Below, one piece after another: positions 44,512 through 56,356 of a DNA stretch of 64,000 nt (its first letter is position 1; each line of letters starts with the position of its first letter). The DNA is from a virus (Duplodnaviria > Caudoviricetes). The translations under genes and the position numbers were made by a program. The notes under the pieces are model-generated. The model saw only the letters and a list, made by a program, of their open reading frames with translations. It was not told the origin of the DNA and did no database searches. Location: positions 70,148-134,147 of IMG/VR virus record IMGVR_UViG_3300029967_000162; one strand, 5' to 3'.

Positions 44512-44880
44512 ATGATTAAAGAGATATATTGCAGGATGCCATCTGACAAGAACTATGTTCCTGTCCTTGACACATGCAATGAAGTGGAGCAGATCTTGCA
44601 GAGGTGCAGAGTCATACTTGGCACCAGACCAGGTGAAGTGCTTGGTGACTATACATTTGGTGTGAAGCTTGAAGACTATGTCTTCTCTATGAACTTTGAC
44701 AAAGATGAGCTCAGGAACATGATCATACAAGCTATCAACACCTATGCAAATCCATGGCCTAGCAAGTACAGCATTGACTGTGATGTCAACTATGGCCATG
44801 ACCATGACTCTCGCTCAGACTATGCGGTGATTGACATAATCATCAACCAGAAGAAGTATATGGGCGTGATAGTCTCTTAA
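44512..44880 (+). CDS. baseplate wedge protein, gp25-like
   Basis: ILGTRPGEVLGDYTFGVKLEDYVF. Confidence 0.75.
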   Translation: MIKEIYCRMPSDKNYVPVLDTCNEVEQILQRCRVILGTRPGEVLGDYTFGVKLEDYVFSMNFDKDELRNMIIQAINTYANPWPSKYSIDCDVNYGHDHDSRSDYAVIDIIINQKKYMGVIVS

Positions 44881-44899
44881 AAATAATTTTTTGATTAAA

Positions 44900-45562
44900 A
44901 TGATTCTAGACAAGAATGTAGCTACTGCACAAAGCTCAGACATATACAAGAAGATTGACAATGAGATTAGAGCAGATGAAGTGAAGAATGCTTTCCGTAA
45001 AGACAGTGACACTATGCTAGTCTATGAAGATGGATTCAAAGAGTGCTTCATCTCTAATTGTGGAGATGTTGACAACATAAAGTTCAAGTGTGAAGATGAT
45101 GGAAGGGTGCTAGTCTATGGCATTGATCATCTTGACTTGAGCATCACTGAAGATGCATATCAATGGCTCAAGCTGCGGTTTGGCATATTGCAAGAGTTTA
45201 GGCTGAGCCTCACCGGCAGCTCTTCTTGAGGTGGGTTTGATGGTATGAAGGAGGTTATTGAGTTGTTACCAGAAGAAGTGAAGTCTCGGATGGAGATAGA
45301 CCTCAATGGGGCTGACAGAGGCCAGTTCACTGTTTGGAACCAATACCGGATATTCATAGAGGCAACAAAGTGCTGCAGGAAGGTCAGGTTTGTTGGCTTT
45401 GACAAGCTGTTCAGGAAGTTCTCCAAGGTTGTGCCATCTCTCATCAAATCATCATTCAACTATCCAGACGAGAAAGGCAACAAGAGAAGCTATCATGACA
45501 CTGGGTACACAGACTGGTCTGATTATTTGGCCTCAGAAGATTTGTATTGGGAAATGCGTTAG
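44900..45562 (+). CDS. hypothetical protein (ILKG-leader family); 1 TGA
   Basis: Two ORFs joined in frame via SSS(W)GG. Confidence 0.65.
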
Positions 45563-45575
45563 GATTGCGCTGGAT

Positions 45576-45652
45576 CGCCCTAGTGGGCGGCTAAACACAA
45601 GGATGATTAACTAATCAAAAGTTCAAATTTGAAGGTTTGCCATCACTAGGCG
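45576..45652 (+). repeat. intergenic structured repeat, copy 2
   Basis: Matches 22173..22244; closing stem cctagtg/cactagg. Confidence 0.8.
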
Positions 45653-45724
45653 GCAAATCTCAAAAGATGAGATCTTTTACTAAAAATTTTTAGTGAAAGA
45701 TTTTTTCTTTTAGAAAGTTTGTTT

Positions 45725-45732
45725 TATATTTG
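45725..45732 (+). promoter_or_regulatory. Bacteroidota sigma70-type -7 promoter element (also 47419-47426 and 62131-62138)
   Basis: TATATTTG matches TAnnTTTG; the 47402-47429 and 62114-62141 contexts are nearly identical. Confidence 0.65.
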
Positions 45733-45791
45733 CAATGTCAATTTAGAGTTGATAAATTATAAAGGAATTAATTTTTAAAGAATTAAAGATT

Positions 45792-47363
45792 ATGGCATCA
45801 TCAAACACAATCAACTTTTGGGCAGATAGCAAGATAGCTGGGCATATGTGTGAGATACTTGTAAGGAATGTTCTTACTAGTGTTAAAGGTTGGGATCTTT
45901 CAAGAAGAACAAGCAAATATGAACATGAAGTAGGATTAGATGGAAGCAAAGAAAAGATCAAAACAGATATTATATTGCCAGAAGATGAAGCATTCTTTGA
46001 AGTAAAAGCAAGGACTAGTGATCGTCTTTATAGCAAAATGCGGAAAGAAGACCCAAGTGGAGCATTGTTGAATTCTTCTTATCATTTTTCAAATGATGAA
46101 AGGATTGCGGCAAACATGCCTAATGGATTCGCTGTCATATTTGGATATGATATAACAACAAATTCTAGCATCAATCCTAATTTAAGCAAAGACACAATAA
46201 ACTATGCTTTGCAAATATCAGATGTTTACATCTATCATTCAAACAAAAATGGAAAATGCATATATCCACACGGCAAAGAAAACTATGTAAATACAAAGTG
46301 CTTGCTTGATTCTAAATATGATTCTAAGTTTGGAGGAAACATCCCAGAGGTGCTCAAATTGATACGTGAATTGAAAGGAAAGAAGCTTGACATAAGCATG
46401 TCATACATGTGGGAAGAGTGAAAAAACAAAGATTTAAATGTTCTTCTAGAGTCTGGACGCGGCCATTGCATATTTCCGGCTGAGCACAGCAAGGTAAAAG
46501 ACAACAAAGATCACTTTCCAATCAATGACTTAGCTCATGCAAGGAATGCACTTGCTCAAGTTGCAAAGTATGACAGGTCTCCAGATTGGTATGATGGCAC
46601 ACTCACACAGCTCAAAGACACTGTGAAGAAGACAGTTGCTAGAGAGTATCCTTCTATAGTTGTGAATGAGTCTATACTCAAAGGCAGCTATGTTAAAGAT
46701 GATGCATACAAGGCAATTGACACAGCTATACATGACGATGAGTTGATTAGCAAAGCTAAAGAAGCCGTGAATGCAATGAGAGGAAGTTATTGATATGATG
46801 AAGATTTTAATAGTAAGATAAGAGCTGCCCTTTATATAAAATATCCTAAAAGAGGAAGAGTAGACTTCAAGTTCACAGATGACAAGCTTTCTTATAGAAT
46901 TGTTGGCGATAAAGTGTTTCTTGACATAAAAGATCCTAAGTTCAGCTTGGACACAAAAATATATATCGACCCAAGCAAGATACCATTTAGATTTGGAGAG
47001 ATCGGTCAATGCTTTACAATTACATATGCTGACACTTATAAAGATGTTCAACAAATGATAGAGATGCTTCCAACTCATGCTAAGGAAATTGAAGTCATAG
47101 TTGAAACAGAAAACAAAGAGCTGTTTTATAGTCTAGTCAAAGATGAAAGAGGGTTCTATGATCTTCTTGATGCATTGAAGAAAAAAGCAAAGAAGTTCAC
47201 TTTGTTTGGGGGAGCAGCACAAGCATTGAAACATCATGCTAAAAGAAATGAACAACTGATGGAATCATTGAAAAGCATTGCAACATCTAATGGATTTCCT
47301 AATGACATCGAAGAATGGTTCACAAATGATTGTGAAATAGATTCAAAGATGCTTGAGTATTAA
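45792..47363 (+). CDS. multidomain protein: N-terminal PD-(D/E)xK-like nuclease + ILKG-family domain; 2 TGA
   Basis: TDIIL...FFEVKART; no TAA/TAG in frame from 45792 to 47363. Confidence 0.55.
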
Positions 47364-47368
47364 AGACA

Positions 47369-47400
47369 AGCCTTTCACTATTTTTAGTGAAAGGCTTTTT
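47369..47400 (+). terminator. Rho-independent terminator
   Basis: agcctttcacta-tttt-tagtgaaaggct followed by a T-run. Confidence 0.7.
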
Positions 47401-47452
47401 AGTTTCAAGATTTTGTGTTATATTTGCATTTGAAACAAAGATAAAATAATAC

Positions 47453-48190
47453 ATGATAATCAATATATTGCTTAAAGGCAATAGTGCACAAGGTGCAACT
47501 AGAGCTAATGATCCATATCTCAGGATTGACAAAGAGATAAAGAAAGACCTCATCAAGAAGCAGTTCTTAGGAAACTATGATGAGTACACAAGAGCTCTTT
47601 ATTCTGATAGATCTAATCACATCATAGGAGCATATGTTGGCTTAAATGGCAGGGATGAATTTTTCTCCAGATGGGGTGATGCACATGCATACATTCCAAT
47701 GTCTAAAGAGACATGCAACCTTAGGCTTGATGATGACATAGATCATATCATCTTAGACACTATTGATGACTATCCATTTTTGCAGATTTATGCATTCAAA
47801 GAGTTTAAAGACACAACACTTAGGATTGGCTATGTACGATCATTGCTTGTGAAGCTGCCAGAAAAGCCAATATTCACTGAAGAAGAGATCATGGCATTGC
47901 TTCCAGAGCATGCAAGCATTGCACATCTCACAATAGAGTCTAAGGGTATGAACTATGCACTCTCTAGAGACAAACAAGGCATTGCTGACTATGCAAGATT
48001 TGTCAAGGAGTTTGTAAAGAGGTCTGACAAGATATCATTTGATGGGTTCGCGCCAGTGTTTGTCAATGACCCAGAGCTCAACAAAGCACGGAAGAGGATG
48101 TACAAGTCTGAAGCATCTTTCCGAGATGACAACCTCTACAAATTCTCTAATGCCATTCCTACAAGAGACTGGCACAACTACATCAAGTAG
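47453..48190 (+). CDS. hypothetical protein (ILKG-leader family)
   Basis: ILLKGNS...DPYLRIDKEI. Confidence 0.65.
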   Translation: MIINILLKGNSAQGATRANDPYLRIDKEIKKDLIKKQFLGNYDEYTRALYSDRSNHIIGAYVGLNGRDEFFSRWGDAHAYIPMSKETCNLRLDDDIDHIILDTIDDYPFLQIYAFKEFKDTTLRIGYVRSLLVKLPEKPIFTEEEIMALLPEHASIAHLTIESKGMNYALSRDKQGIADYARFVKEFVKRSDKISFDGFAPVFVNDPELNKARKRMYKSEASFRDDNLYKFSNAIPTRDWHNYIK

Positions 48191-48194
48191 TTAC

Positions 48195-48309
48195 AAATAG
48201 TTCCCAAGAAAGGTGGTTGGTCTTCAGCCAAGCACATGAATTGGGAACTTAAAGTTTATACTAAATTTTCAAAATCTGTCTTGCCTTGGTTCTGAACATA
48301 CTTCTTGAC
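48195..48309. mobile_element. orphan left end of the IS200/IS605 element, with a tnpA 3' remnant
   Basis: 48191-48309 matches 1331-1449 with 3 mismatches, starting exactly at TTAC. Confidence 0.9.
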
Positions 48310-48353
48310 TTAGAGCATTTCAACATAAATATTGAAATTTGAGGTCCTAGCTC

Positions 48354-49013
48354 TTGGCGGTCTTAAACAACTTGGCTCAGGCATTCTCAATCTATTGGAT
48401 GCCAAATACTTTCTATCCAGCAACTAACACGACTTGGTTGCCGGTCTTGAAGCGCATGGGCTTGCCATACATGAACCTTGAAGACTTCATGAATGCACAG
48501 ATCCAGTCATTTGACTTTGTTGGCCTTGACAACAACCCAAAGACCCAGCAGCTAGGCCTTTATGAAGTAGGCAAGCGTCGCGGATATGCTGCAGACATGC
48601 TGATGAACAAGACATTCACACTCACATACAAGCTGACAGAGAGCTACATATCATACTTCATTGCATACCAGAACTTTGCAGAGTATCTCTCTATTGCAGA
48701 ACTGCATGACTTGTACTATCCACCAATCATAGTAGACTTGCTTGATGATGCTGGCTTTGCAACAATCAGCTATGAGTTTGATCAGCTCACACCAACTAGC
48801 TTGAGCAACCTCTCGCTCTCATATGCTGCACGACTTGGGACATACAACACTTTCACACAAGGATTCAGGTTCAACTACTTCTCAATATACTATAGAGATG
48901 AGTCTGGTCGAAGGATTTTGCTCTCAACAGACAACATCACAAAAGAAGAGAAGTATGAGAACTTAGGCAATGACTTGCTGAATGGCAAGCTGAAGAAGCA
49001 CACTAAAAACTAA
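48354..49013 (+). CDS. tail-tube-like structural protein
   Basis: Beta-rich pattern ...LSNLSLSY...TFTQGFRFNYF; follows CATAAATA. Confidence 0.45.
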   Translation: MAVLNNLAQAFSIYWMPNTFYPATNTTWLPVLKRMGLPYMNLEDFMNAQIQSFDFVGLDNNPKTQQLGLYEVGKRRGYAADMLMNKTFTLTYKLTESYISYFIAYQNFAEYLSIAELHDLYYPPIIVDLLDDAGFATISYEFDQLTPTSLSNLSLSYAARLGTYNTFTQGFRFNYFSIYYRDESGRRILLSTDNITKEEKYENLGNDLLNGKLKKHTKN

Positions 49014-49023
49014 GAGAAGCCAT

Positions 49024-49212
49024 ATGGACTGTGGATACAGCACACTTGCAAGCACAATAGGAGTTGGGGATGTAGTTGCACCAGGAGAGTGTGGAGCTGG
49101 GTCTGGCGACAAGTTCCAAGCAGGAAAGGGAATTGCAAAGAAGAAGCAATCACCTAGCTTTGACTACTCACAGCCACTCCCAACTATTGTGTATTCACAA
49201 ACAAAAAAGTAG
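49024..49212 (+). CDS. small hypothetical protein
   Basis: 62 aa; GVGDVVAPG...GSGDKF. Confidence 0.45.
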   Translation: MDCGYSTLASTIGVGDVVAPGECGAGSGDKFQAGKGIAKKKQSPSFDYSQPLPTIVYSQTKK

Positions 49213-49237
49213 AGGGGTATCCTCTACTTTTTTGTTT

Positions 49238-50683
49238 TTATTGCAACTTTGCAAGCTCTTTGAAGAGAGACACATCTGTGGTCTCTTTTATCTTAACTTG
49301 GATGTCTCTTATCTTCTCTGGAAGCTCTCCTTTCTTTGCAAACACATATGTGTAGCTGTCACTAGGATCATAGAACTTGTCAAACCATCCTAGCTGATCC
49401 ATGAAGTTGCGAACTTTGTACTTGTCTTCTTGTGCTTGGGTGATGATGTATGTCTTTGTATCAATAGCCGCAAGCATATGGTCATTTATGCTATCTAGCA
49501 GCTTCAACAGCCCTGGAACAAACTTGTAGTCTTCTTTGCCAGATGATGTAATTGTTGAAGAGACTTCGTTCACAAGCTCTTGTAGACTTGCCATGAACTT
49601 GTCAAGCTCTTTCACAGGACCGCCGTTCTTTAATCTGTTCTCTGATAGAATCTTCTTGTATCTCTCTACATTCTTCTTAGCCATGTCCTTCTGGTGTTCT
49701 AAGAATGAAGCTCAGTCTTTCCTGAGTGTGAACTTCTCTTTGTCTGTGTTCTTCTCCACAGCATCTTTCTTGATCACCCAGATGTCCCAATAGGCGGGCA
49801 CATCAGCGACTTTCACATTTGTCCTACCAGACTGTGTGTGCTCTGCTGGCTTAGCAAGCACAAAGCTTGGAATGAGGTCACTCACTTGCTCAGTGACTTT
49901 GTCAAACTCACAGATTGTCTCTGCAAGAGACTTCAGCATGACATCATCGTCTCTCTTGTCTTTCCAGAGGATGCACTTCATGTCTTTCTTTGTGAGTGTT
50001 ATTGGTTTTCCATCTTTCACATACACTGGCACTTTGTAAGTGTCGCCAGCATTGAGGTCAAGGCACATCCTCAAGTATTGTGTGTTTGCCACACCTACAA
50101 TCCTACCATATGGGTCAGTGAATATCTTTGGGGTGTCAGAGTTCAGCTTCAAGTCTCTGTCAGTTGCTCTTGTAATGTCATCATCTGTGATCTCTGAGAG
50201 GTTGAAGGTTGCTTCAGACTTCTCTTTAGCCCTCTCAAAGAATGCTGCCTTGAACTCTGCCTCTTCATCCGTCCTGTTAGAGACCCAATATATGTTGGCT
50301 TTCTTCTTCATGCATTCTCTAATAGCTTTCTCAGTGATCTCTCTGTTTATCTCTTGCATCTTCTTAAGGTTTTCAGAATCACTAAATCATGCAAAGAGCG
50401 GCTCTGAAATCTTGTCTCTTGCTTGCTCTGGGTCAGATGTTGCAATGGTAGAGATGTAAGACCAGTCGCTGTCATCTATGTTGTTGAATCTCATGAAGTC
50501 TCCCATGATGGCTTCCGCAAAGAGCTTGCCATATCTCTTTTTGAACTCATATTCACCTGCAAACTCATCCTTGAAGATGTATCGATGGAAGTCATTCCAC
50601 CACTTGGACATCTTAGATGACTTGAATGACTCATTTAACATCTTTGCATTCTTCAACTTTATGAGGTCACTTAGAGAAAGCAT
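49238..50683 (-). CDS. hypothetical protein (481 aa), possible head protein; 2 TGA
   Basis: Three ORFs in frame across TGA at 50387 and 49712; MLNESF motif. Confidence 0.7.
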
Positions 50684-50772
50684 TTGGCTAATAAAAATTT
50701 AAACTTAAAAGATTTATCTCTAGTTTCATGAGCTGCCACCAGGTGATAAATAAGAGAAAGTATGGAAAGCCC

Positions 50773-51135
50773 ATGAAGAAGTTCTTCATATTGGCATGCT
50801 TGTGCATCATTGCTGCATTCTCATCATGCTCTCACAAGATATATGACAACACAAAGATATATGGAGATAAAGTCAATGTAGAGAAAGCATATACAGAGGT
50901 GCAACATGACACCCTCACAATGTACATGTTTAGGCAAGAAGTAGGTGAAGGCACATTGCCTTCTCTTGACAAGTGGGTGGCTTCTTCATATGTTGAAGGT
51001 GAGAGCAAAGTATCACACACTTCATATGCATGATACTCAAGTGAGCTTGGCAAGATCATGACGATAAAGGAAGTCATAGAAGGAAGGGACACTTTGATGA
51101 TACTGCAAGTCCGTAGCATACAAGCAAGCAAATAA
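50773..51135 (+). CDS. lipoprotein; 1 TGA
   Basis: MKKFF...AAFSSC lipobox. Confidence 0.6.
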
Positions 51136-51155
51136 AGCAAAGAAAAGCTAGATAG

Positions 51156-54100
51156 ATGGGAGACAAAGAGCAGACACAGATACTGAGCGCCATCTATGGT
51201 GTGCTTGGTGACATATACAAGGCAACTGTTGATGACAAGAAGCAAAGACAGGTGAAGAGTAAACAAGACCCAAAGGTTGCTACAATTGCTGGCAAAGACA
51301 CTTTAGGAAACATATCTTCATTTGTCAGAGATGTGTCTGTGCTCTCTAAGAAGGATGCAAGGAATGCTGCATACATGCTTGACACTCTTGCAGACTCTCT
51401 TCCTAAGTTCACAGAAGCAGTGAACAAGATAGATGCAGATGCACTGCAAGGAATCTATGCAGTCAGTGTGGCAATCAACACTCTAAGCGAGATTTCAATA
51501 GGAACAGCAATCAAGCTCAAGATCACATTGCCAATGATGGCAAGTTCCTTGAAGAAGTTCATGGAAAGTCTTGATGGTGTGATGGTCAAGACTGATGAAG
51601 AAGGAGAGAATGGCCTCAAGCTTGTGGTCGGGTCTCTCAAGTCTCTTGCTGAAGTCTCTGTTTGGTCTGCTGCCAAGCTCAAGGTGTTCTTGCCTAGCAT
51701 TGGGAAGAGCCTCAAAGACATCATCTCTGTTGTCAATAGTGCAACTAAAGGTGAAGACAACACACAGAGCCTTGAAGCTGTGACAATGATGATGAAGACT
51801 CTCAGCTCACTTGCACTCTGAGACCTTGTGAAGCTCTCTGTGTCACTCAACAAGCTGAAGAAAGTTGCAAGGAAGCTTGGTGAAGTCTATGTCATCATGG
51901 CTGGGTATCCAGAAGTGAGCAAAGAGAAGATCAACCAGCTCAAAGACACTTTAGGAGCGACAGGCACATCAATGCTTGAGAGCATGTCTAAGTTCATGCT
52001 TGCAGCAAGTGCTACTGCATTGAGCATCGTCGCTGTTGGGAAGGTTGCAACGAAAGAAGACCTCCAGAGAGGTGGTCTTGTCATAGGAGCAATAGCAGTT
52101 GTGGCTGTCATTGTGAGCGGCCTTGTGCTTGTGTTGAGCAAGTTCATTGGTGCAAGGAAGATGAGTGCTGCGGCTGATGCACTCAGTGGGAGTGCACAAG
52201 TCATTATGGCGGCAGGTGTTGCTGGAATGGCCGCTGCATTGATCAGCCGGATTGCAGGAGAGAATGAGATAAGAGCTGGTGTAGAGACTATAGGGGCTAT
52301 ATCATTTCTCATGATTGGATGTGCAGCGCTCATCAAGCTCCTTGCTGGGATGAAGCCAAGAAAGATAAAGGCAGCAACTAATGCACTCAAGGCATCTGCC
52401 CAAGTGATTGTTGTTGCAGCTGGAGTCGGGCTTGCAGCTGCATTGATTGGGACGCTCTTCAAGACTGGTGACCTTGTAGAAGGCGTATTACTGATAGGCA
52501 TCATCACAGCTCTGATTCTCAAGCTCACAGACACAATACAAGTCCTTGGTAAAAAGAGTTGAGGCACATTGATCAAAGGGACACTTGTGATGAGTGCAGC
52601 TACAGCAGCAATGACATACATCACTGCCCTTGGCATCTCTATTGCAATGGCTGCTAGAGACTTCCAGACTAAAGATGTAGTGAATGGTGCACTTGCTGTT
52701 AGTGCTGTGCTTGCAGCTGTTGTTGCTATGAGCCAAGTGATGGTGAAGCTTGGCAAAGATGGCAAGAGAAGAATGAAGTGGTTTGGATATGGAGCTGCTA
52801 TGATTTCTGTTGCTACTGTCATAGTGACTGCTTGCACTGCACTTGGCATCATTATGGCTGCTGCTGGTGGAGAGATGGAGATTAAAGATGTAGTGAATGG
52901 TGCACTTGCTGTTAGTGCTGTGCTTGCAGCTGTTGTTGGTGTCGCATTCTTGACTGTCGCACTTGGCAAGATGGTTGGAAAGAACTCCAATCAGATATAT
53001 GAAGGTATTGCTGTGATAGGTGTTGCAACACTTGTTGTTGCTGCTTGCACTATGCTTGGAAGGTCAATGGCAGACATAGGTGCAACAACCAAGACCAAAG
53101 ATATAGGCAATGGTGCTCTTGCACTAGGTGCTGTGCTTGCTGGTGTTGCAGTTGTTGCACTTGGAATCATTGGGATTGGTGCGCTTGTTGGTGGCACTAG
53201 CGCAGTCTCATTCCCAGCATTGTTGGTTGGGATTGCTGTCATTGGTGTAGCAATCTTTGCAATCCACATGGTGATGAGAATTGCTGAGAGAATGGTTGAT
53301 CTCATCAAAGAAGTGAATGGCATCAACAAAGAAGACTTAGCAGATGCAAAGGGCAAGATAGCTGGTCCTGATGGCATCATGAGTGTGTTTGGTGACATCA
53401 TCTCAAGCATCATCAATATGAATGTGCTCACTGGTGAAGGAGATAGCAAAGACAAGACCATTGCTGGAAAGTTTTTTGCAAACATACTTGGCAACATGGC
53501 TTTGCCAGGTGCAATCATCAGTGTGTTTGCAAAGTCTGCTATGTTCATGATGGCTCTTGTGCCAGTCTTCATGATGATCAACATTGTCAAGAAGTTCTCT
53601 GACTTGAGGTATTATAACCCAGACACTAAAGAGTGGGAGCCATACAAGACAGAAGACTTCAAGCAAGTCTCTGCTGACATTGCATCTGCATTCAGCACTT
53701 TCATCACAACGATCATCGGCTCTTTCAAAGATCTCCCAGAAGACAATGAGAACTTCAACAGGAAGACTATCAGGAAGATCAAGAAGCTGATGGGTCCAGT
53801 CGGCTCATTCATTGACATCGCTAACAAGTTTGCTGAAGGAAAATGGGTTGATGAAGAAGGTGTTGAGCACAAAGACTTCAACCAAACATTCATTGATGCA
53901 TCTAAGGCAATTGCAGAAGGATTCTCAACATTTGTCAACAGTGTCACATCAGAGACATCTGGCATCAAGTTTGAAGATGTGAATGCTGATGGCATCAGGA
54001 GTGTGGCAAGGATGATGAAGTGGATCACTGCGATCTTTGGTGCATTCGGTACAGTAGATGGGGAGCCGGTGATCTATGAATATGATGGCAAGACTCATGA

Positions 54101-54989
54101 CTTCTTAGGCATTGGTGGCATCCCAATCTTCAACAAAGATCAAGCAGTTGTCATTGCTGATGCTGTTGAAGGCATGAAGAAAGTTGTCGATGCAATTGCA
54201 CAGATCAATGTGCTTGCTGCATCTATCAGCACAATTGAAGCTGTCCGAGACACATTCTTCACAAACACCCCTCTTGAGACAATCACAAAGAATGCTCTTC
54301 CACAGATTCACCACATGCTTGGTGCATTCGGGAGTGATGGGACACACCATTTCATCTATGAGTGGACTAAGGATGGATATGACAAGACAAGCCCTGTAGA
54401 CCTTGAAGTTGCAAGTGAGAGTATTGGAATTCTTGCAAGCACCATTCAGAGCTTCTCTGGCATCAACACGACATATGCAGCTCTTGATGAGAAGGCATTT
54501 GCATCATGGGACAAAGCAAGTCAGACATTTGTCAAAGATGCCAAGGACACTATATCTACTGCAAACTCTGGGCTCAAGACATTACAAGCAGTAGACAAGT
54601 ATCTCAAGAAGAGCCAGAAAGACAGGAAGCAGCAGCTTGAAGAGCTTGCAAAGCTCTGGAGAGATGTTGGTGAGGCAGTCAAGGAGTCCAGCAAGGCAAT
54701 GAATGACATGAACATCACTGTACAGCAGTCAAGTGCAACTATCAACAATGCTGTTGGCAGTGGAAAAGAAGAGAAGCAAGGTGTTCTTGCTAAAATTGGG
54801 ACCGTTCTTTCAGGAAAAGACAAGAATGAAGCCCAACACCCTCAACATCAGCCGCAGCCGCTCCAATCACAACAGCAAGTGCAGCAAGATCTCATGGCTG
54901 CAATGCAAGACAGTGAGAAGCAGATTCTCATCAAGATCGACAATGCAAATGGGGTCGCTCTCATAAAAGCTCTCATGCAGTACATTTAG
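51156..54989 (+). CDS. tape-measure-like protein (1277 aa); 2 TGA
   Basis: Ala/Gly-rich helical repeats; joined across TGA at 51819 and 52560. Confidence 0.7.
52670..52938 (+). repeat. exact 56-bp direct repeat inside the tape-measure-like gene
   Basis: 52670-52725 equals 52883-52938 (KDVVNGALAVSAVLAAVV), 71-codon spacing. Confidence 0.85.
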
Positions 54990-55029
54990 CATCTAGACTT
55001 TCCTCAAGTTTCAAATATAATGATTGCTT

Positions 55030-55118
55030 GGAAGGTGAACTGGACAAGCGCGCCAGGACGGTCTTGAAAACCGATCGAGCGGGATCTCTCGCTTTGGGGG
55101 CGGGACCTACGCCTTCCG
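55030..55118 (+). tRNA. tRNA-Ser(TGA) with a non-canonical 8/4 fold
   Basis: 8-bp acceptor ggaaggtg/cgccttcc; 4-bp T stem tggg/ccta; cggt-cttgaaa-accg; long variable arm; G discriminator. Confidence 0.75.
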
Positions 55119-55144
55119 CTTGAGTTCTTTTGATAAATTTAATA

Positions 55145-55338
55145 CTGCCACAACTGGGGTGCGGCGCACGAAATTACGTATGGATTCCTATAAATGCTAG
55201 CAAAGGAGTGATACACATAGGTGAAATGTGGGCTTGAGCATATGTTTAAGGCTCGGCTATCAAACATGGAGAATAGCTGCAAGGCAATGGCCATGAAAGC
55301 ATATTTTTAAGCTTTAGGATAGATGCAGCATGCGGCAG
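55145..55338 (+). ncRNA. candidate ~190-nt structured RNA between tRNAs
   Basis: Terminal pairing ctgccaca/tgcggcag, internal hairpins (gagc/gctc, gctat/atagc), no ORF. Confidence 0.35.
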
Positions 55339-55342
55339 ACAA

Positions 55343-55419
55343 GGGTCGGTGGCTCCAATTGGCACAGCACCAGATTTGCATTCTGGCATTTGTGAGTTCG
55401 AATCTCATCCGATCCACCA
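55343..55419 (+). tRNA. tRNA-Ala(TGC)
   Basis: gggtcgg/ccgatcc with a G3-U70 pair; ccaga-tttgcat-tctgg; encoded ACCA. Confidence 0.88.
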
Positions 55420-55507
55420 GACATGGAGGGCTTGCAAGAAGGATTCACAAGATCATCTTGCAAGCTTTTTGGAAGATAAATCTTAAAAATCAAAACAACT
55501 TTAAGAG

Positions 55508-56260
55508 ATGTATCGTATTTCTTGGAAAGACAATGAAAGTGGAAAGCCACATGCAGTATATTTTGTATCTAGGGAAGATGCAATCAAGATGTCTGAGAAG
55601 CTAGATGATGTTGATTTCACGATCAGCAAGCTTGATGTGGAGCAGATGATGAAGGATGTGCAAGATGGAGCTCTTCCAATAGCTGAAGAGATTGGCATAG
55701 ACAAAGATGAGCTCATCAGCAGTGTTCTTGATGATGAACCTAATGATGAGAATGTTGAGGAAGTCGTAGACTATGAGATTGATGAGCTTGTGCCGGAGAC
55801 AATCATAGATGACGAAGTTGAAGCAGAAGATGATGAGAGCAGAGCTTGCCCTTGTTGTGGAAAGGAAGACTGTGAGTGTGAATGTGGCGGAGATGAGTGT
55901 GAGTGTGAAGACTGCTCTTATGAAAGCTATGACTTAGATGACTTTGCTGTTGAAGAGAGCTTTGTAGGTAGTGCAGTGAATGTAGCTTCTGGTGCAATCA
56001 GAGCTCTCAAAGATGCATGTGACAAAGCAAATGAGAAGCTTGAGTTTGACAATCGTGAGATCGACTGGTTTCAAATCTACAGAAAAGATGTAGACAAGTA
56101 CCTTGACAATGTCCACAAGAAGACTTTGTTTGGGCTCCATCCATGGGATGTAATAGAGTTCTACAGAGGCAAAGGCAAGGAAGATGCCTTGAAGTGGTAC
56201 AATGACTGGCAAGAAAAGAAGTATGGTGATGTGCTTGAGTATCACCAGGATGAAGACTAA
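55508..56260 (+). CDS. acidic protein with a Cys/Glu-rich segment
   Basis: CPCCGKEDCECECGGDECECEDC. Confidence 0.7.
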   Translation: MYRISWKDNESGKPHAVYFVSREDAIKMSEKLDDVDFTISKLDVEQMMKDVQDGALPIAEEIGIDKDELISSVLDDEPNDENVEEVVDYEIDELVPETIIDDEVEAEDDESRACPCCGKEDCECECGGDECECEDCSYESYDLDDFAVEESFVGSAVNVASGAIRALKDACDKANEKLEFDNREIDWFQIYRKDVDKYLDNVHKKTLFGLHPWDVIEFYRGKGKEDALKWYNDWQEKKYGDVLEYHQDED

Positions 56261-56356
56261 GATTGGGAACCTGAATGCCATTCGAGAGCATGCTTGGAAA
56301 TCAAGCATGCTCTTTTTGCTGATAAATTTAAGTAGTTGACAAATCATAAGTTGTAG

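Noticed and set aside
51887-53590. Long antisense ORFs (also 22201..22968, 31555..32322, 60559..61485)
   Set aside because: Shadow ORFs opposite well-supported genes, produced by codon bias.
55030-55118. tRNA with TGA in the anticodon loop as the opal suppressor
   Set aside because: Anticodon UGA reads the Ser codon UCA. An opal suppressor needs anticodon UCA, and none was found in this window.
55343-55419. tRNA-Cys(GCA) reading
   Set aside because: The 7-nt loop tttgcat centres on TGC, and the G3-U70 pair marks Ala.
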